From the NCBI GenBank assembly GCA_963514005.1, contig OY740804.1, positions 4,960,001 through 5,024,000 of the forward strand: a DNA stretch of 64,000 nucleotides. Reading direction: 5' to 3'. The first letter of the stretch is position 1, and the number at the start of each line of letters is the position of its first letter. Source of the DNA: Raja brachyura (lineage: Eukaryota). The position numbers were made by a program, and so were the translations under genes. Under the pieces are notes generated by a model that did not search any database, was not told where the DNA came from, and saw only the letters and a list, made by a program, of their open reading frames with translations. This document shows, in pieces, positions 1-13,380 of this stretch.

Positions 1-275
1 TTATTAATCACTAAACTTAATCTTTGAGATGAAATTTTAGTTAATATTTTTTGATCAGTATTTAGAAGAGCAATTGCTCTATATGATCCAGGATCTTCCA
101 GACCCTTATCTACTTAAGGAATGAGAGTAATTGTGGACTCATTTAGAGCTTCTGGTAACTTTCCTTGTTCGTAAGCGTATTTATATATTGTTTGTAAACA
201 TGGGGAAATCAAATCATGAAACTTCTTATAAAATTCAATACCTAGACCATCGGGTCCAGCAGCTTTTCCATTTTT
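1..275 (-). mobile_element. L1-clade LINE ORF2 (RT region) fragment
   Basis: Encodes KNGKAAGPDGLGIEFYKKF...NESTITLIP and is nearly identical to about 970-1243. Confidence 0.85.
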
Positions 276-3200
276 CTTTCTTTTTTTTTTGTATATATTT
301 TTATTAGAGGCCATACGTATTACAAATAATATAATAATTTTTTCAGATATGCATATTACATATTTCCAAAATTATATGAGTATTACAAAGCTATATATAT
401 TAGCCTCAATTTTTTTAATAGTGAAGAGAAGAAAAAAAAGAGTAAAGAGAGAATAGATGTTTAATTTAAAAAGTGTGATTATANNNNNNNNNNNNNNNNN
501 NNNNNNNNNNNNNNNNNNNNNNNNNNNNNNNNNNNNNNNNNNNNNNNNNNNNNNNNNNNNNNNNNNNNNNNNNNNNNNNNNNNNNNNNNNNNNNNNNNNN
601 NNNNNNNNNNNNTTATTATACTTAAAGATAGAAAGACAGTATACATCTTAACAATGAATGGAACAATTTCTAATAATATATATATAGAGATAAGTATATA
701 AATCTCAGATTAAACAATTTTGTTTGATCTTACCACCGGGTACTTGTTGAGTTTCAATGTTGAGCCCAGCTACCCCTTCATATAATCAGTGAATGGAGAC
801 CATATTTGTTCAAAAAGCTCGTGTTTATCCATTAGGATAAACCTAATTCTCTCCAATTGCAACGTCTCCAACATTTCCACTGTCCACATTATGATATTGA
901 ATAGACGACTCAAGTTATAAGTGGAATAACGTTTGGGAATAAAGCCTGTTTGATCATGATGTATTAATTCATTAATCACTAAACTTAATCTTTGAGATGA
1001 AATTTTAGTTAATATTTTTTGATCAGTATTTAGAAGAGCAATTGCTCTATATGATCCAGGATCTTCCAGATCCTTATCTACTTTAGGAATGAGTGTAATT
1101 GTGGACTCATTTAGAGTTTCTGGTAACTTTCCTTGTTCGTAAGCGTATTTATATATTGTTTGTAAACATGGGGAAATCAAATCATGAAACTTCTTATAAA
1201 ATTCAATACCTAGACCATCGGGTCCAGCAGCTTTTCCATTTTTCAACGATCTGATTGATTCCTCAATGTCTTTTACTGATATTTCAGCATCTAACAAGTC
1301 TCTTCCTTCCTGATCCAAGCCTTTAATATGACATTCATGTAGGAATGTTTCCATTCTGTCAGCTTGACCCGTCAATTTAGTTGAATAAAGTTTTTGATAG
1401 TAATGCAGAAATCTGTCATTAATATCTTTTGGTAAAGTTAGTATTTCTCCTTGTTCAGATCTGATTTTACATATCATTTTTTCTTCATCTAATTTTCTAA
1501 GTTGGCGTGACAAAAGTTTTTGTGGTTTATCCCCGAATTCAAAGTATACTTGTTTAGTCTGTTGAAAAAGTTTAATAACAAAATTTGAGTATATTTTATT
1601 TAGCTTATATTTTAATATTGCAATTTTATATATAATCACCCTAGATGGGGATATTGCATTTTCAATATCAAATTGCTTTATTTTGTTTTCCAACGTTTAT
1701 TGAGTCTTTCGGTTTTCCTTATTAAAGTGTGCTTGCGCGGATATTATAGCACCACGCATAAAGGCTTTCAATGTGTCCCAAAGAAGTGACGAAGAAATTC
1801 CAGGTTTGTCATTAGTCTCAAAAAATAATTTAATCTGTTTTACCAGATAATCATAACAAGCCTTATCATTTAAAATTTGAGGGTTGAGTCTCCATTGGGA
1901 GTATTTATTAGTTCTACCCTTTAATTTAATCTTAAATGTTAATGGGGCATGATCCGAAATAATAATATTATGATATTTTGAATCATACGTGAATGGAATT
2001 AACTTTGAATCTATTAAAAATTAATCTATCCTTGAGTAGGTTCCAAATACCGGAGAGTAAAATGAATATTCCCGACCAGAGGGATTATCCGTTCTCCAGA
2101 CATCCTTAACATTTGCGGTGTTAATAAAATAATTTATGAGTTCACTTGATTTAGATATCACTTTCCTTTTAGTTGATGATCTATCTAGATAATTATCTAA
2201 AGTACAATTTAAATCACCCCCGATTATTAGATTATGTTGTGTACCTATAGGAATAGTATTAAATATTTTCTTAAAAAACAACGGATTGTTGAAGTTTGGT
2301 CCATATATGTTCATAAGAACGACTTTCTTTGAGTATAATTCACCCATAATTATTATGTGTCTACCCTCAGTATCTTCTATTATTGAGCTATGTTTAAATG
2401 GAATGCCTTTACGAATAAGTATTGCAACCCCTCTAGACTTATGTGTAAATGAAGAATGAAACACTTTAGAAATCCATTTTGCTGTTAGTCTAAGTTGCGC
2501 TTCCTTTTTAAGGTGCGTCTCTTGAAGAAAAATTATGTCTGTTTTAAGTCTATTTAATTGAGCCAAAACCTTACCTCTTTTAATTGGTTCATTAATTCCC
2601 TTTACGTTCCAACTGCAGAAGGTGATTCCATCACCCCCAGTTTTCATATTAATGTCTTGCATTTTGTTATTAAGGTGGGTTATAATGGAGTAGATGTCTC
2701 AGCATATATATCCCGATCTCATACCCATGCTTCAGATCGATGAATTGTAATACTTGTAACTTTATCTTACATACATATCTCTTCAAACCAACTGTATAAT
2801 ACCATTCATAACTATAATAATATAATACGTTATAAAAATAATATAATACGAAAAAAAAAAATGTTAGTGGTGTTAGTGGTGTGCAGAAAAAAAAGGGTGA
2901 CTACAACTATATTTAGTGTAGTTAGTGTAAGCCACACTAGATGGCTATTAATCTACTGACTTCCATTGTTAAAAAAAAAGATGTTAATGGTTCCAGCTCC
3001 ATATTTGCCTTAAGGGCTATATATAAAGGGGTGGGGGGTTAATTTAAATGCTTGATAATGCTTCATTATTTTGACTACTACTGTCGATTTTTACTATTTT
3101 AGGAGGGATGACATGCGGTTTTAAGTGATAGTTAACACTAAGCTATTTCTATTATATATTACTTTTTTTATTAGTAATCCATCAAACCATCCTTAAGGTA

Positions 3201-3790
3201 ACACCTAACATCAGGTAAGTGTTAGATATAGTTCAAGTTCACTATTCTTCATCCGTAGCTTCTTCTTCTTCCACTGCTTCTTCCTCTTCCAGTTTCTTCT
3301 CGATGTTACGAGCAAATTCAAGTGCTTCTGTATGCTTGATGAAGTGATGCTCCTTGTTATCGTAGGTTACTCTTAGTGTAGCAGGATACATCACGCCGTA
3401 TCTCAGACCCCTTACATTCTTCATGATGCCTCTTGTTTCTGTAAATAAAGCTCTTCTCTTGGCCACTTCCGCAGGGTAATCTCTGAATATGCTGATCTTA
3501 CCTCCATCGTAGTTAAGGTTTTTCTTACAAATTATTATCTTCATCATATTCCAAGACGTGATCATAAACCACTTTCACAATCAATTGTCTTGGGGGTGAG
3601 CCCTTCTTCAGGAGTCGTCTCAGTGCCCTGTGCGCTCGACCAAGCAGGGGTTCTTGATCCAAATTCAAAACTTAAAAAAAAAGTTTTGCAGCAAATTCTC
3701 GAGGATCTTGACCTCTCTGCCTTCACGCACTCCAACAATACGCAAGTTCTGGCGCCTTTTGACGTCCCTCCAAGTCAATTTTTTTTCCAT
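276..3790 (-). mobile_element. L1-clade LINE, 5'-truncated within ORF1, with internal ORF2 deletion (spans the assembly gap)
   Basis: APE endonuclease ORF 2021-2662 (SWNVKG, FLQETH, GGDLN, YSRID). RT N-terminal region 770-1693 (GPDG, YRAIALLNTDQKIL, DQTGFIPKR) is joined to the ORF2 C-terminus. ORF1 pieces at 3242-3780 (RRQNLRIVGVRE, YPATLRV). Poly-T tail with reverse AATAAA at about 276-305. Confidence 0.85.
484..612. other. Assembly gap (129 N)
   Basis: Run of N. Confidence 1.
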
Positions 3791-6700
3791 TTTTCCATTT
3801 TTTAATGGGAATATTGTTTCTTCTATTTCCTTACATTTCCTGACATTTGAGATTTGTGCTCCCAATTCCTCTTGTTCCTGCAATTCTATTTTGGGAAGAT
3901 TGCAATTATCCAGAAACTCAGTGACTTTGTTGGTGTCCGTTGACGTTTTGGATGTATACAAATTCTCATAAAATTGCACAAATCGTTTATTAATTTAATT
4001 CGGTAATGTTAATACTTCCCCTGTATCTGATTTAATCTTTGAAATCGTGTGTTCCTTTTCTCGTTTTTTTAACTGGCGTGCGAGAAGTTTATGGGGCTTA
4101 TCCCCAAATTCAAACTGTTCCTGGCTTGTAATTTGGAATAATCTTATAACTTTCTCGGATAGTAATTTATTTAATTTAAATTTTAGTATTAATATTTTAT
4201 TATGTTTATCCATGGACGGGTCTTTAGCATTATCTATATCCAGTTGTCTAATTTATTCCTCTAGCTGCCGTTGTTCATTCTTATTTTTTTTATTCTGAAA
4301 CGCTTGATATGAGATTAAAACACCTCTAATAAAAGCTTTGAAAGATTCCCATAGTAATGTTGGTGATGTGTCTGGCGTGTCATTTATTTTGAAAAAAAGA
4401 TCATTTGCTACCTTAGGTATATACTCCCTTGCAGGTCTTTTAGGATTTTTGGGGGTTATACCTCCAGAACGATGTATTCTTAGACATTCCTTCTATTTTA
4501 AAAAAAAGTTAGGGGGGAATGATCTGAAATCGTATTTGTATGGTATTTTGGATTTAGAGTATATGGAATTAATTTTGTGTCTACCAGAAAATAATCTATA
4601 CGTGAGTAGGTCTTGTGTATCGATGAATAGAACGAATATTCCTTGCCGGTCGGATTTGCAATCCTCCAAACATCGGTTATATTTGTATTTTTTATATGTG
4701 TGTTTAAACGTTCACTACTTTTAGATTTCGTATTACCTCGCTGTTTTTGACTGGATTTATCTAAATAAGGATCTAAAACACAGTTAAAGTCTCCACCAAT
4801 TATAACATTCTGGTAATTATATTCTGCGATTATATTCAGAATTTTATTTTAAAAATGCGGATTATCAAAGTTAGGCGCTTATATATTTACCAATGTGATT
4901 GGGATTGCATGGATCTCACCGGTAACTATCAAATATCTCCCATCCTTATCTGTTAAGGTATTTTTCTGTTTAAATGGTATACCTTTGCGAATAATGATGT
5001 ACGTGCCTCTGGATTTTGACGTATATGATGAATGGAAAGTTTGACCTATCCAGTTGGCCCACAATCTAACTTGATCTTGAACTTTAAGATGCGTTTCTTG
5101 GAGGAAGATAACATCTGAGTTAAATGCTTTCAGCTCTGTTAAAATTTTACCGCTTTTAATACGTTCGTTAACCCCCCTAATATTCCAACTGCAAAATGAG
5201 ATTCCTCCCGATTTATTTTGTTTAGTGTCTTGCATTTTTGCTAGATTTAGTACCTCTGTACCTTGCGGTGCATCCGTACCTCAGGTCCTTAGGTAATGCG
5301 GGAACATTCAAACTACCAAGTTCAATTTGTGGATTCCTTTAGCGATTCTCCTTGAATAAAAAACACACACATGTGATTAATTGTGATAGTATTAAAAAAA
5401 TGGTAAAAGTGAAAATACAGTGACCGAGCTTGTTGGCACTGTAATAAATGGCCCACCTGTTGGTGGGAGAAAACATTATATCGACTTCCGTTGTCGATGT
5501 TAATAAACAAATAGCTCCGCTCCCTCAATTAGTCATAACATATTCATACTAGAGCGGTGCCGGTTCAAAATCAACTATATCGTACCTAATTGCAGTATAT
5601 ATATCCATTTCATATGTATTCCCAGATATATCTAACTGTTTTTACCTCGATAATAATCAGCTATTGGTTGAAGGGGATACCTAGGGCAGGCTTCTGGATC
5701 TGAGCCAGGAGCCCGTCATCCCCCTCACACCCCGGTTATAAATCTGCTTAAAACTTATTAAGATATTAAGTTATACATGTTAGTTTGTAAATCAACCCAT
5801 TACTACCAATCTGGTTAATATTCATTACAAATTCTATGATAGTATTCTATGTTTTAAGTGTTAAAAGTGTTACTTCTATAACATTAGGTTATTCAGTTAA
5901 ATTCTTAAACCACGGTAATTGCTCTGTTCAGATTATATTGTAAAGCTCTGTATTCAGTGTTTATCTTTTTCCGCTTCACTTGGAACCCAGTATGTCCTTG
6001 AATTAACATTCCTCGATTAGCCGTTGAGTCAAAACACAAGGAGAGTTCCATCTTCTGGTAAACACATTTCATGGTGAAATAATAAACAGAAAGAATATCC
6101 ATACAGTTCAGCTTTTCAAGTTACTAATTCTCTTCCATGATGGTTAGGGAATATTTATATGCGCTCTCCGGATTTGTAAACGGTTTTAGCTGATTCTTGT
6201 AAGAAATGCGCATTCGCGTGGGAAAGTAGACTCCATATCTGACTCCCTTCATGCCTTGGAGAGCTTGCTTTACCTTAAAGAACTGATTTAGTTTCTGCAC
6301 AACTTCATAGGGAAAACCCGTAAATATTTTGAAGATTGTCAGTGGTACTCCATATTTAATATTACTCTAACCTCTTCCATGCCAGAAATGTCCCGGAATT
6401 TCACAATGATCTGACGTGTGTATTCTTAGCCTGTTTGGGATTTTTGTTTGAATCTCGGAATTTGATGTGCCACTTCAATTTTCGGAAGGTTAGGAAGATT
6501 GAGAGCTTCTTTAATTAGATCCGCAGCAAACTCCCGAGGATTATCTCCCTTGGCTTCCTCGGGTACTCCTACTAATTTACAAAATTCTTAAGGGGTTGGA
6601 CAGGCTAGATGCAGGAAGATTGGTCCCGATGTTGGGGAGGTCCAGGACAAGGGGTCACAGCTTAATGATAAGGGGGAAATCCTTTAGGACCGAGATGAGA

Positions 6701-7728
6701 AGGAATTTTTTCACACAGAGAGTGGTGGGTCTCTGGAACTCTCTGCCACAGAGGGTAGTTGAGGCCAGTTCATTGGCTATATTTAAGAGGGAGTTAGATG
6801 TGGCCCTTGTGGCTAAGGGGATCAGAGGGTATGGAGAGAAGGCATGTACGGGATACTGAGTTGGATGATCAGCCATGATCATGTTGAATGGCGGTGCAGG
6901 CTCGAAGGGCCAAATGGCCTACTCCTGCACCTAATTTCTATGTTTCTATGTTTCTAATCTTAGATTAAAGCGTCTCAAACGAGCTTCCAAGTCTAAGCAC
7001 TTAACCGAACATTTTGCCAGCTGTTTTGCAGTGAGGTCGTGATGTATCTTCATTTTCTTCATATCCTCGGCCATTCGTCCCATCTCTTCCTCCATCTCTT
7101 TCATTGTTTTCACATATGAGGAGACAGTCTCATGCAAACTTCTTAGTAGTGTCTTCTTCCCCCTTGTTCATTCTCTCCAATAGTTCAACTCTCACATCTT
7201 CAATTCTTTTATTTACGGTGCCGATCGAATCCTGCATAGACTCAATAACTTTCAAATTGCCCGTGTTCATATTCAGCATTAGCTGATCCATCATATCTTT
7301 CATCATTTTTTCCATCTGCTTTCCGTCCACCTTTTCATCTTTCAGTTCTCTAACCGTTTGCTTTAAGTCCTCCAAATCTTTCTCCTTATCTGCGTTAGCT
7401 CATGTAGACATTTCGGAAGGCAGTTTTCCTTCAAGAGCCACTTCAAAAGCCGATTCTTCAAGCACTTAAGGCTCTGTCTCAGTGCTCCAGTAAAGTTTTG
7501 AAATGTTTCTCTGAGGACTCTGAGTGGAAACAGGATTTTGCATTTAAAGGGTTAAATCCACAGTTTAATGCACAGCGCTTACTGATGATGACATCAGCAC
7601 AACACTCCGGTGAAGATTTTTTAATCGGTCTCGATCTGTAGACCCAGTTTTAATGCGAAAAATTGCACATTTTCGGGAGCGGAGCTATGTGTGGCGACAG
7701 TTACCAAAACATGGCACCACCGGAAGCC
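3791..7728 (-). mobile_element. Second, degenerate L1-clade LINE (5' UTR, ORF1, start of ORF2)
   Basis: Endonuclease ORF 4879-5235 (SWNIRG, FLQETH) and ORF2 fragments 3791-4213. Coiled-coil ORF1 fragments 6946-7375 with RRFNLRL. 5' end reads GGCTTCCGGTGG on the minus strand at about 7728, abutting sequence paralogous to 39461+. Confidence 0.8.
6577..6953 (+). mobile_element. CR1 LINE 3' fragment inserted in L1 ORF1
   Basis: RTRGHSL...FFTQRVVGLWNSLP C-terminus, (ctatgttt)n tail, ctaat duplication at both ends. Confidence 0.9.
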
Positions 7729-7759
7729 CACCGTACAAATGTGTTAAAGGACTACAAAT

Positions 7760-8078
7760 AGTGGCCACGGTGGCGCAACGGTAGAGTGGCTGCATTACAG
7801 CGCTTGCTGCGCCGGAGACTGTGGTTCGATCCCAACTACGGGAGCTGTCTGTCCGGAGTTTGTACGCTCTACCATAACCGCGAGGGTTTTCTTCAAAATC
7901 TTCCGTTTCCTCCCACTCTCCATAGACCTACAGGTACGTAGGTTAATTGGCTTGCTATAAATGGAAATTGTCCCCAGTGTGTGCAGGGTATAGTTAATGT
8001 GCGGAGATTGCTGGTCAGTGTGGAATCGGAGGGCCGAAGGGCCTGTTCCCTCACTGTATCTCCAAACTAAACTAAACT
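7760..8078 (+). mobile_element. tRNA-derived SINE
   Basis: gtggcgcaacggtaga...ggttcgatccc A/B-box-like head and (ctaaa)n tail. Related copies at about 39493, 30640, 53677, 56880, 62685 and 63045. Confidence 0.65.
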
Positions 8079-8471
8079 AAATTAGTGCAAAGTCTATTCG
8101 TGTGCAGAACACAATGGTTGAGTTGCCGCTTGCAAAGCGCAGGGTGTGAAACTGCAAATTGCTTTCCTCAGTCTGACTTGTGGCTGTAACCCCGCCCATG
8201 AAAGAACTATGAAGGGTGTTGTCCGTACAGACTGCATCCATAGTCAGGATCGAACCCTGGTCCCTGGCGCTGCACGGCAGCAACTCTACCGCTGCACCAC
8301 CGTGCCTCCTATACCTGCTTGCCATGATAATATCTCCCATTTGCTGCAAATTACACTGAAGAAGCATTAACCTGTCTGCTAAGCCTCTCTACTCCTTACC
8401 ATAATCCTGGCCAACCATACTCTCTTGCTCAACTGCAGGTGAAACTGACTTTTATTTCCTTGTGCCAACAG

Positions 8472-11062
8472 GTCATGAATATTCTTGTGAAAATTCGATA
8501 ACATGCAATTACTCTGCAAGGTGAACCACTCTTTTTCCCATTTACTGATTACTGGTGTTTTGATTGGGAATGCTTTAATTGGGAGAAGGTTGTGCCTTCC
8601 TTCTACAGCCTCACAACGCCACGACATAGGTTAATTAGGTGTGGTTTGCATGTTTTTTTTTTGGGGGGGGGGGTTGGACAGTAGTGGTAGTTGATGAAAA
8701 AATGGGGAAAATAAAAATGGGATTGACACAGGATTCATGTGAATGTAGTTGACTGTCGGCACAGACCTGAAGGGCCAAATGACCTGTTTCTATACTGTGT
8801 TTCTCTATGGTTCTTTGATCCAATGGAACCAGATATCGAAGCATAATAAAATGTTGTACTTCAGAGATGATCACAATGATTGGCCCTGCTGGCTCGAAGG
8901 GCCGAATGGCCTACTCCTGCACCTATTGTCTATTGTCTCTTGTTTTAAGCCTGACACCAAATATAAATGTATCTCTTAAATATTATTTAATTATATTATA
9001 TAACTTGCAAAATAGTTATTATTTAACTCATCAGAAGGGAAATCGCACTGGGTTTACATCTCATTCTGTTGTTTATATTCTTGGATGATAAGAACAAGTT
9101 CCTCCATTTGCTGCTTTTCAGAGAGCGCTCCATGCAGTATCAACCATGACTAACGTCATTCCATGCTGTGAGATGAGTATAGTTGCCAAACCCAAGTCTT
9201 GCAGATTAGCTTTGGTGTGACCTGCTCTGGTGTTGTGCTGCTAGGTAAATGCATTGTGAATTATGGGCTAAGACCCCCCCACCCCCGATATCACTTGTGG
9301 CAAGACCTTGCCATTGATGGTGTCATGCACCAAATATTCGCTGGTGCAGAATGTGAGAAAATAGTCTTGAATCTGACCGAATACAGCGAACTGAGTTAAC
9401 TGACGCTCTCTTACACATTGAACCTTAAAAAGAAATATCCCTGAACATTTCATCATAATATAGTCATGAAAGTGGGAACACTTTTTATTTATCTTATTAC
9501 AATTGAAATAGATGTCGCTATCATCACGATCTTGTGTTATACTTGCGTTAGGATATAACAACGTAAATAAAAGTCACGCCGATATGAGCGAACCTTTAAC
9601 CGATTTTTCGAACACGATTCCTCCATCCTCACGCCTACCGCGTTAATCCAAGTAATATCGAGGGTATGAGATTAAGCATTATCATTTTTAAATTATTTCA
9701 TGAATTCGCCTCATCTGTTTCCATTTTTATTGCCCCATCTCCCTTCCACCATTAAAATGAATCATTTTTTTATTATTCCTGTCTATCCATATGGATTTAT
9801 TATGAACTTTTGTGCAGATGCATTTTCTATCTTCCAGGGTATTACACTGTTCTTTGTTTCCTTTCACATCCCCAGTTTCCCTCTCCCGTGGCTCCCAGTC
9901 TGAAGAAGGTTCTCGACCCGGAACTTCACGCATTCCTTCTCCCCAGAGATGCTGCCTCTCCCGCTGTTTCTCCAACATTTTGTGTCTATCTACTTTGTGT
10001 GCACTGCTCCATCTCATTACTTATTTCTCTGTCTTCTCCGAATCCATTTAGCCGCGTAGTCTCTCATTCCCAGTCTTGTAGCCATGCCCCAGCAATGAGG
10101 TCAACAATTGGTGATCATAAGTTGTCCCCCCCCCCCCCCCCCCCCCCAGTCTAACACCCCTTCTTTTACCAAGATGATCTCCATTGACTCTGCTGCTTCG
10201 CCACGCTCCACTTCACCAAGATTATGAAGCAAATTCCAGGTAAATGCTTCAAAGATGAACCGTCTCGTTTCTTCCCATTGATTCTGTATCTCTTGCCCTT
10301 TGCCCAGTTACATCTCATGGAGAGTGGGGCGCTGGCTGTTCTTTCTCCTGCTTGTGATCTGGAGTATCTCAACCGCGGTGTTCACAAGAGGCTCGAAGGT
10401 AGGTTTTATTGTCATCATCTTCATAAATTATAGGAGTAGAATTAGGCCATTCAGCTCATCATATCTAATCCGCCCCCAATCACGGCTGATCTATCCTTCC
10501 CTCGCAATCCCATTCTCCTGCCTTCTCCCCATAACCCTTGACATCCTTATTTATCAAGAATATGAAGATCTCTTGCCTTACAAATATAAACTGATTTGGA
10601 TAGATACAAAAATGCTGGAGTAACACAGTGGGACCGGCAGCATCTCCGGTGTGAATTGACTTGGCCTCCACAGCCTCCTGTGGCAATGAAATCCATAGAT
10701 TCACCACCCTTTGACCAAAGCTATCACTTCTCTTCGCCGAATGTTTCCAATCGGTTTCATTAATGCTTTCAAATATCCTGTCCATTGATAGAAACACAAA
10801 ACCGTGCATGTTTTCATATCCTGAAGTCAAACCAAATCTCTATGTAGATGATATCACGAGGTTTTGTCATGTTGTACGTGTGCAGGGTGGATTTCTGTGA
10901 CCGGTGTGGATTTGTTGCAGTCCATCTTCCAGACAGTAATGTGTTGGGAGTGGTCGGGTCAAATGAAGCGTGGTTCCCAGTGTCAGTCAGTTTGTTTCAC
11001 ATTGTCTTTTGCAGAGACGCGATGATTCAGAACCTATCCACTCGACTCACGAATTACAATGA
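8472..11062 (+). pseudogene. Orphan 3' half of an activating-type receptor gene: stalk exon 8472-8520, Arg-TM exon 10308-10398, tail exon 11015-11062
   Basis: Exons are paralogous to gene A exons 6-8 with intact AG/GT sites and matching phases. Translation is GHEYSCENSITCNYSASYISWRVGRWLFFLLLVIWSISTAVFTRGSKRRDDSEPIHSTHELQ*. Twin AATAAA at 11267 and 11284. No Ig exons upstream within the window; deletion junction at about 8222. Confidence 0.75.
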
Positions 11063-11924
11063 GGACACCGAGCTTGCACCATCTTAGCTTCTGTCACCTC
11101 TTCCAAGGTTTATTTCGTCATCTTCGAACTATTGTTTTAATCTCTGCATGGTTTCTGCTGCTCCAGAGTATTATACTCTGTTAAACTATATTAGATGCAC
11201 TCAACTTCATGGAAACAAAAATGTATTTCACAGATTAGTGAATAATAATGCAACATAATAATTCTTAATAAATGGTTGTTGTCAATAAATGGTTTGTCTA
11301 ATTTGTTTTGTTTGGACTGTAACATTAGTGATGAAGAGCAGACTGCAATCAGACTGCTGGATAATCCTCCTGTTGCCAAACGTTAAAGGGGTTTAGGAAA
11401 GGCAATCAGTTCATCTTTCAGACAATGCTATCCCATCAGGACAAAATTATGCAACGAGATTGTTCAGGCGACTAGCCTTATTTTTCTCTGTACAGTTGCG
11501 ATCGTTTCGCTGAATACCTCCGCTCAATCCGCCGAAACCTACCTATCCCGGTCGCTAAACACTTTAACTCTCCCACCCATTGCCACACTGACATTTCTAT
11601 CCTGGGCATCCTCCATTGTCAGAGTGAGTCCCAGCGCAAATTGGAGGAACGGCACCTCATATTTCGCTTGGGCAGCTTATATCCTAGCGGTGTGAACACT
11701 GATTTCTCTAACTTCAAGTAACCCTTGCTTTCCCTCTCAGCCCCCCCCCCCCCCCCCTCCCCACTCCACCTCCCAGTTTCCTATTACATTTTATCTCTGT
11801 TTGCTTTGTTGTTGCCCTTTCCCAGCTAAGAATGATCCATTCTACATTTTCCGTGACCTGCATCCCCTTTGTCCAGTTTCTACACCACGGATCATTATCC
11901 AAATATCCCCCTTTCCCAGAGGAA

Positions 11925-12556
11925 TCAGAGGAATCGAATATTGTAGCAAATAGGTCCTCCTGCAGTTGTACAGAGCCCTAGTGAGACCACACCTGGAGTA
12001 TTGTGTGCAGTTTTGGTTCCCTAATTTGAGGAAGGACATTCTTGCTATTGAGGGAGTGCAGCGTAGGTTTACAGGGTCAATTCCCGGGATGGCGGGACTG
12101 TCATATGCCGAGAGAACGGAGCAGCTGGGCTTCTGCACTCTGGAGTTTAGAAGGATGAGAGGAGATCTAATTTAAACATATAAGATTGTTAAGGGCTTTG
12201 AGACGCTAGAGGCAGGAAACATGTTCCCGATGTTGGGGGAGTCCAGAACCAGGGGCCACAGTTTAAGAATAAGGAGTAAGCCATGTAGAACGGAGACGAG
12301 GAAGCACTTTTTCTCACAGAGCGTGGAATTCTGTGCCTCAGAGAGCGGTGGAGGCAGGTTGTCAGGATGCGTTCAAGAGAGAGCTGTGTAGGGCTCTTAA
12401 AAATAACGGAGTCAGGGGATATGGGGAGAATGCAGGAACGGGGTACTGATTGGGGATGATCAGCCATGATCACATCGAATGGCGGTGCTGGCTCGAAGGG
12501 CCAAATGGCCTTCTCCTGCACCTATTGTCTATTGTCTATTGTCTATTGTCTATTGC
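11925..12556 (+). mobile_element. CR1 LINE 3' fragment
   Basis: LYRALVRPHLEYCVQFW motif and (ctattgt)n tail. Confidence 0.9.
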
Positions 12557-13077
12557 ATCCCCTTTGTCCAGTTTCCACACCGCGGATCCGTATCCAAGTA
12601 TCTCCCTCTCCCCTGACTGATAAAGGGTTTCGACCGGAAACGTCACCAGTTACTTTCATCCAGAGATGCTGCCTGTCCCGCTGAGTTACTCCAGTATTTT
12701 TGCACAACTATTTGATTAAGTGATTAAAAGATACAGCACGGATACAGACCATTTGGCACAGCGAGCCCACGTCAAGCAGCAAGCAACCATTTCACACTGG
12801 TTCTATATCACCCCATTTTCTCGTCTTTTGATTACCGTAATAGTGATAAAACATTTAATGCTCCAACGAGTTATTCATTTTGTCCACCGTATAATTGAGT
12901 TAAAGTACTACAATTAGTGGCCGCGGTGGCGCAACGGTAGGGTTGCTGCATTACAACGCTTGCTGCCCCGGAGACCCGGGTTCGATACCGACGACCGGAG
13001 TTGTCTGTCCGAAGTTTGTACGTTCTACCGTGACCGCGTGGGTTTTCTTCGAGCTTTCAAAACTGCAAATACATTGT

Positions 13078-13380
13078 AACCATATAACCATATAACAATT
13101 ACAGCACGGAAACAGGCCTTCTCGGCCCTTCCAGTCCGTGCCGACCATTTATTTCCCCCTAGTCCCATCTAGTGGCCTGCACTCAGGCCATACCCCTCCA
13201 TTCCCTTCCCGTCCATATACGTGTGAACTTTACTTTTAAATGTTAAAATCGATCCTGCCTCGACCACTTCTGCTGGAAGATCATTCCACACAGCCACCAC
13301 TCTCTGAGTAAAGAAGTTCCCCCTCATGTTACCCCTAAACTTCTGCCCCTTAATTCTCATGTCACGCCCTCTTGTTTGAT
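13078..13380 (-). mobile_element. CR1 LINE 3' fragment
   Basis: RGNFFTQRVVAVWNDLP and (aaccatat)n tail. Same family as 33631+. Confidence 0.85.
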
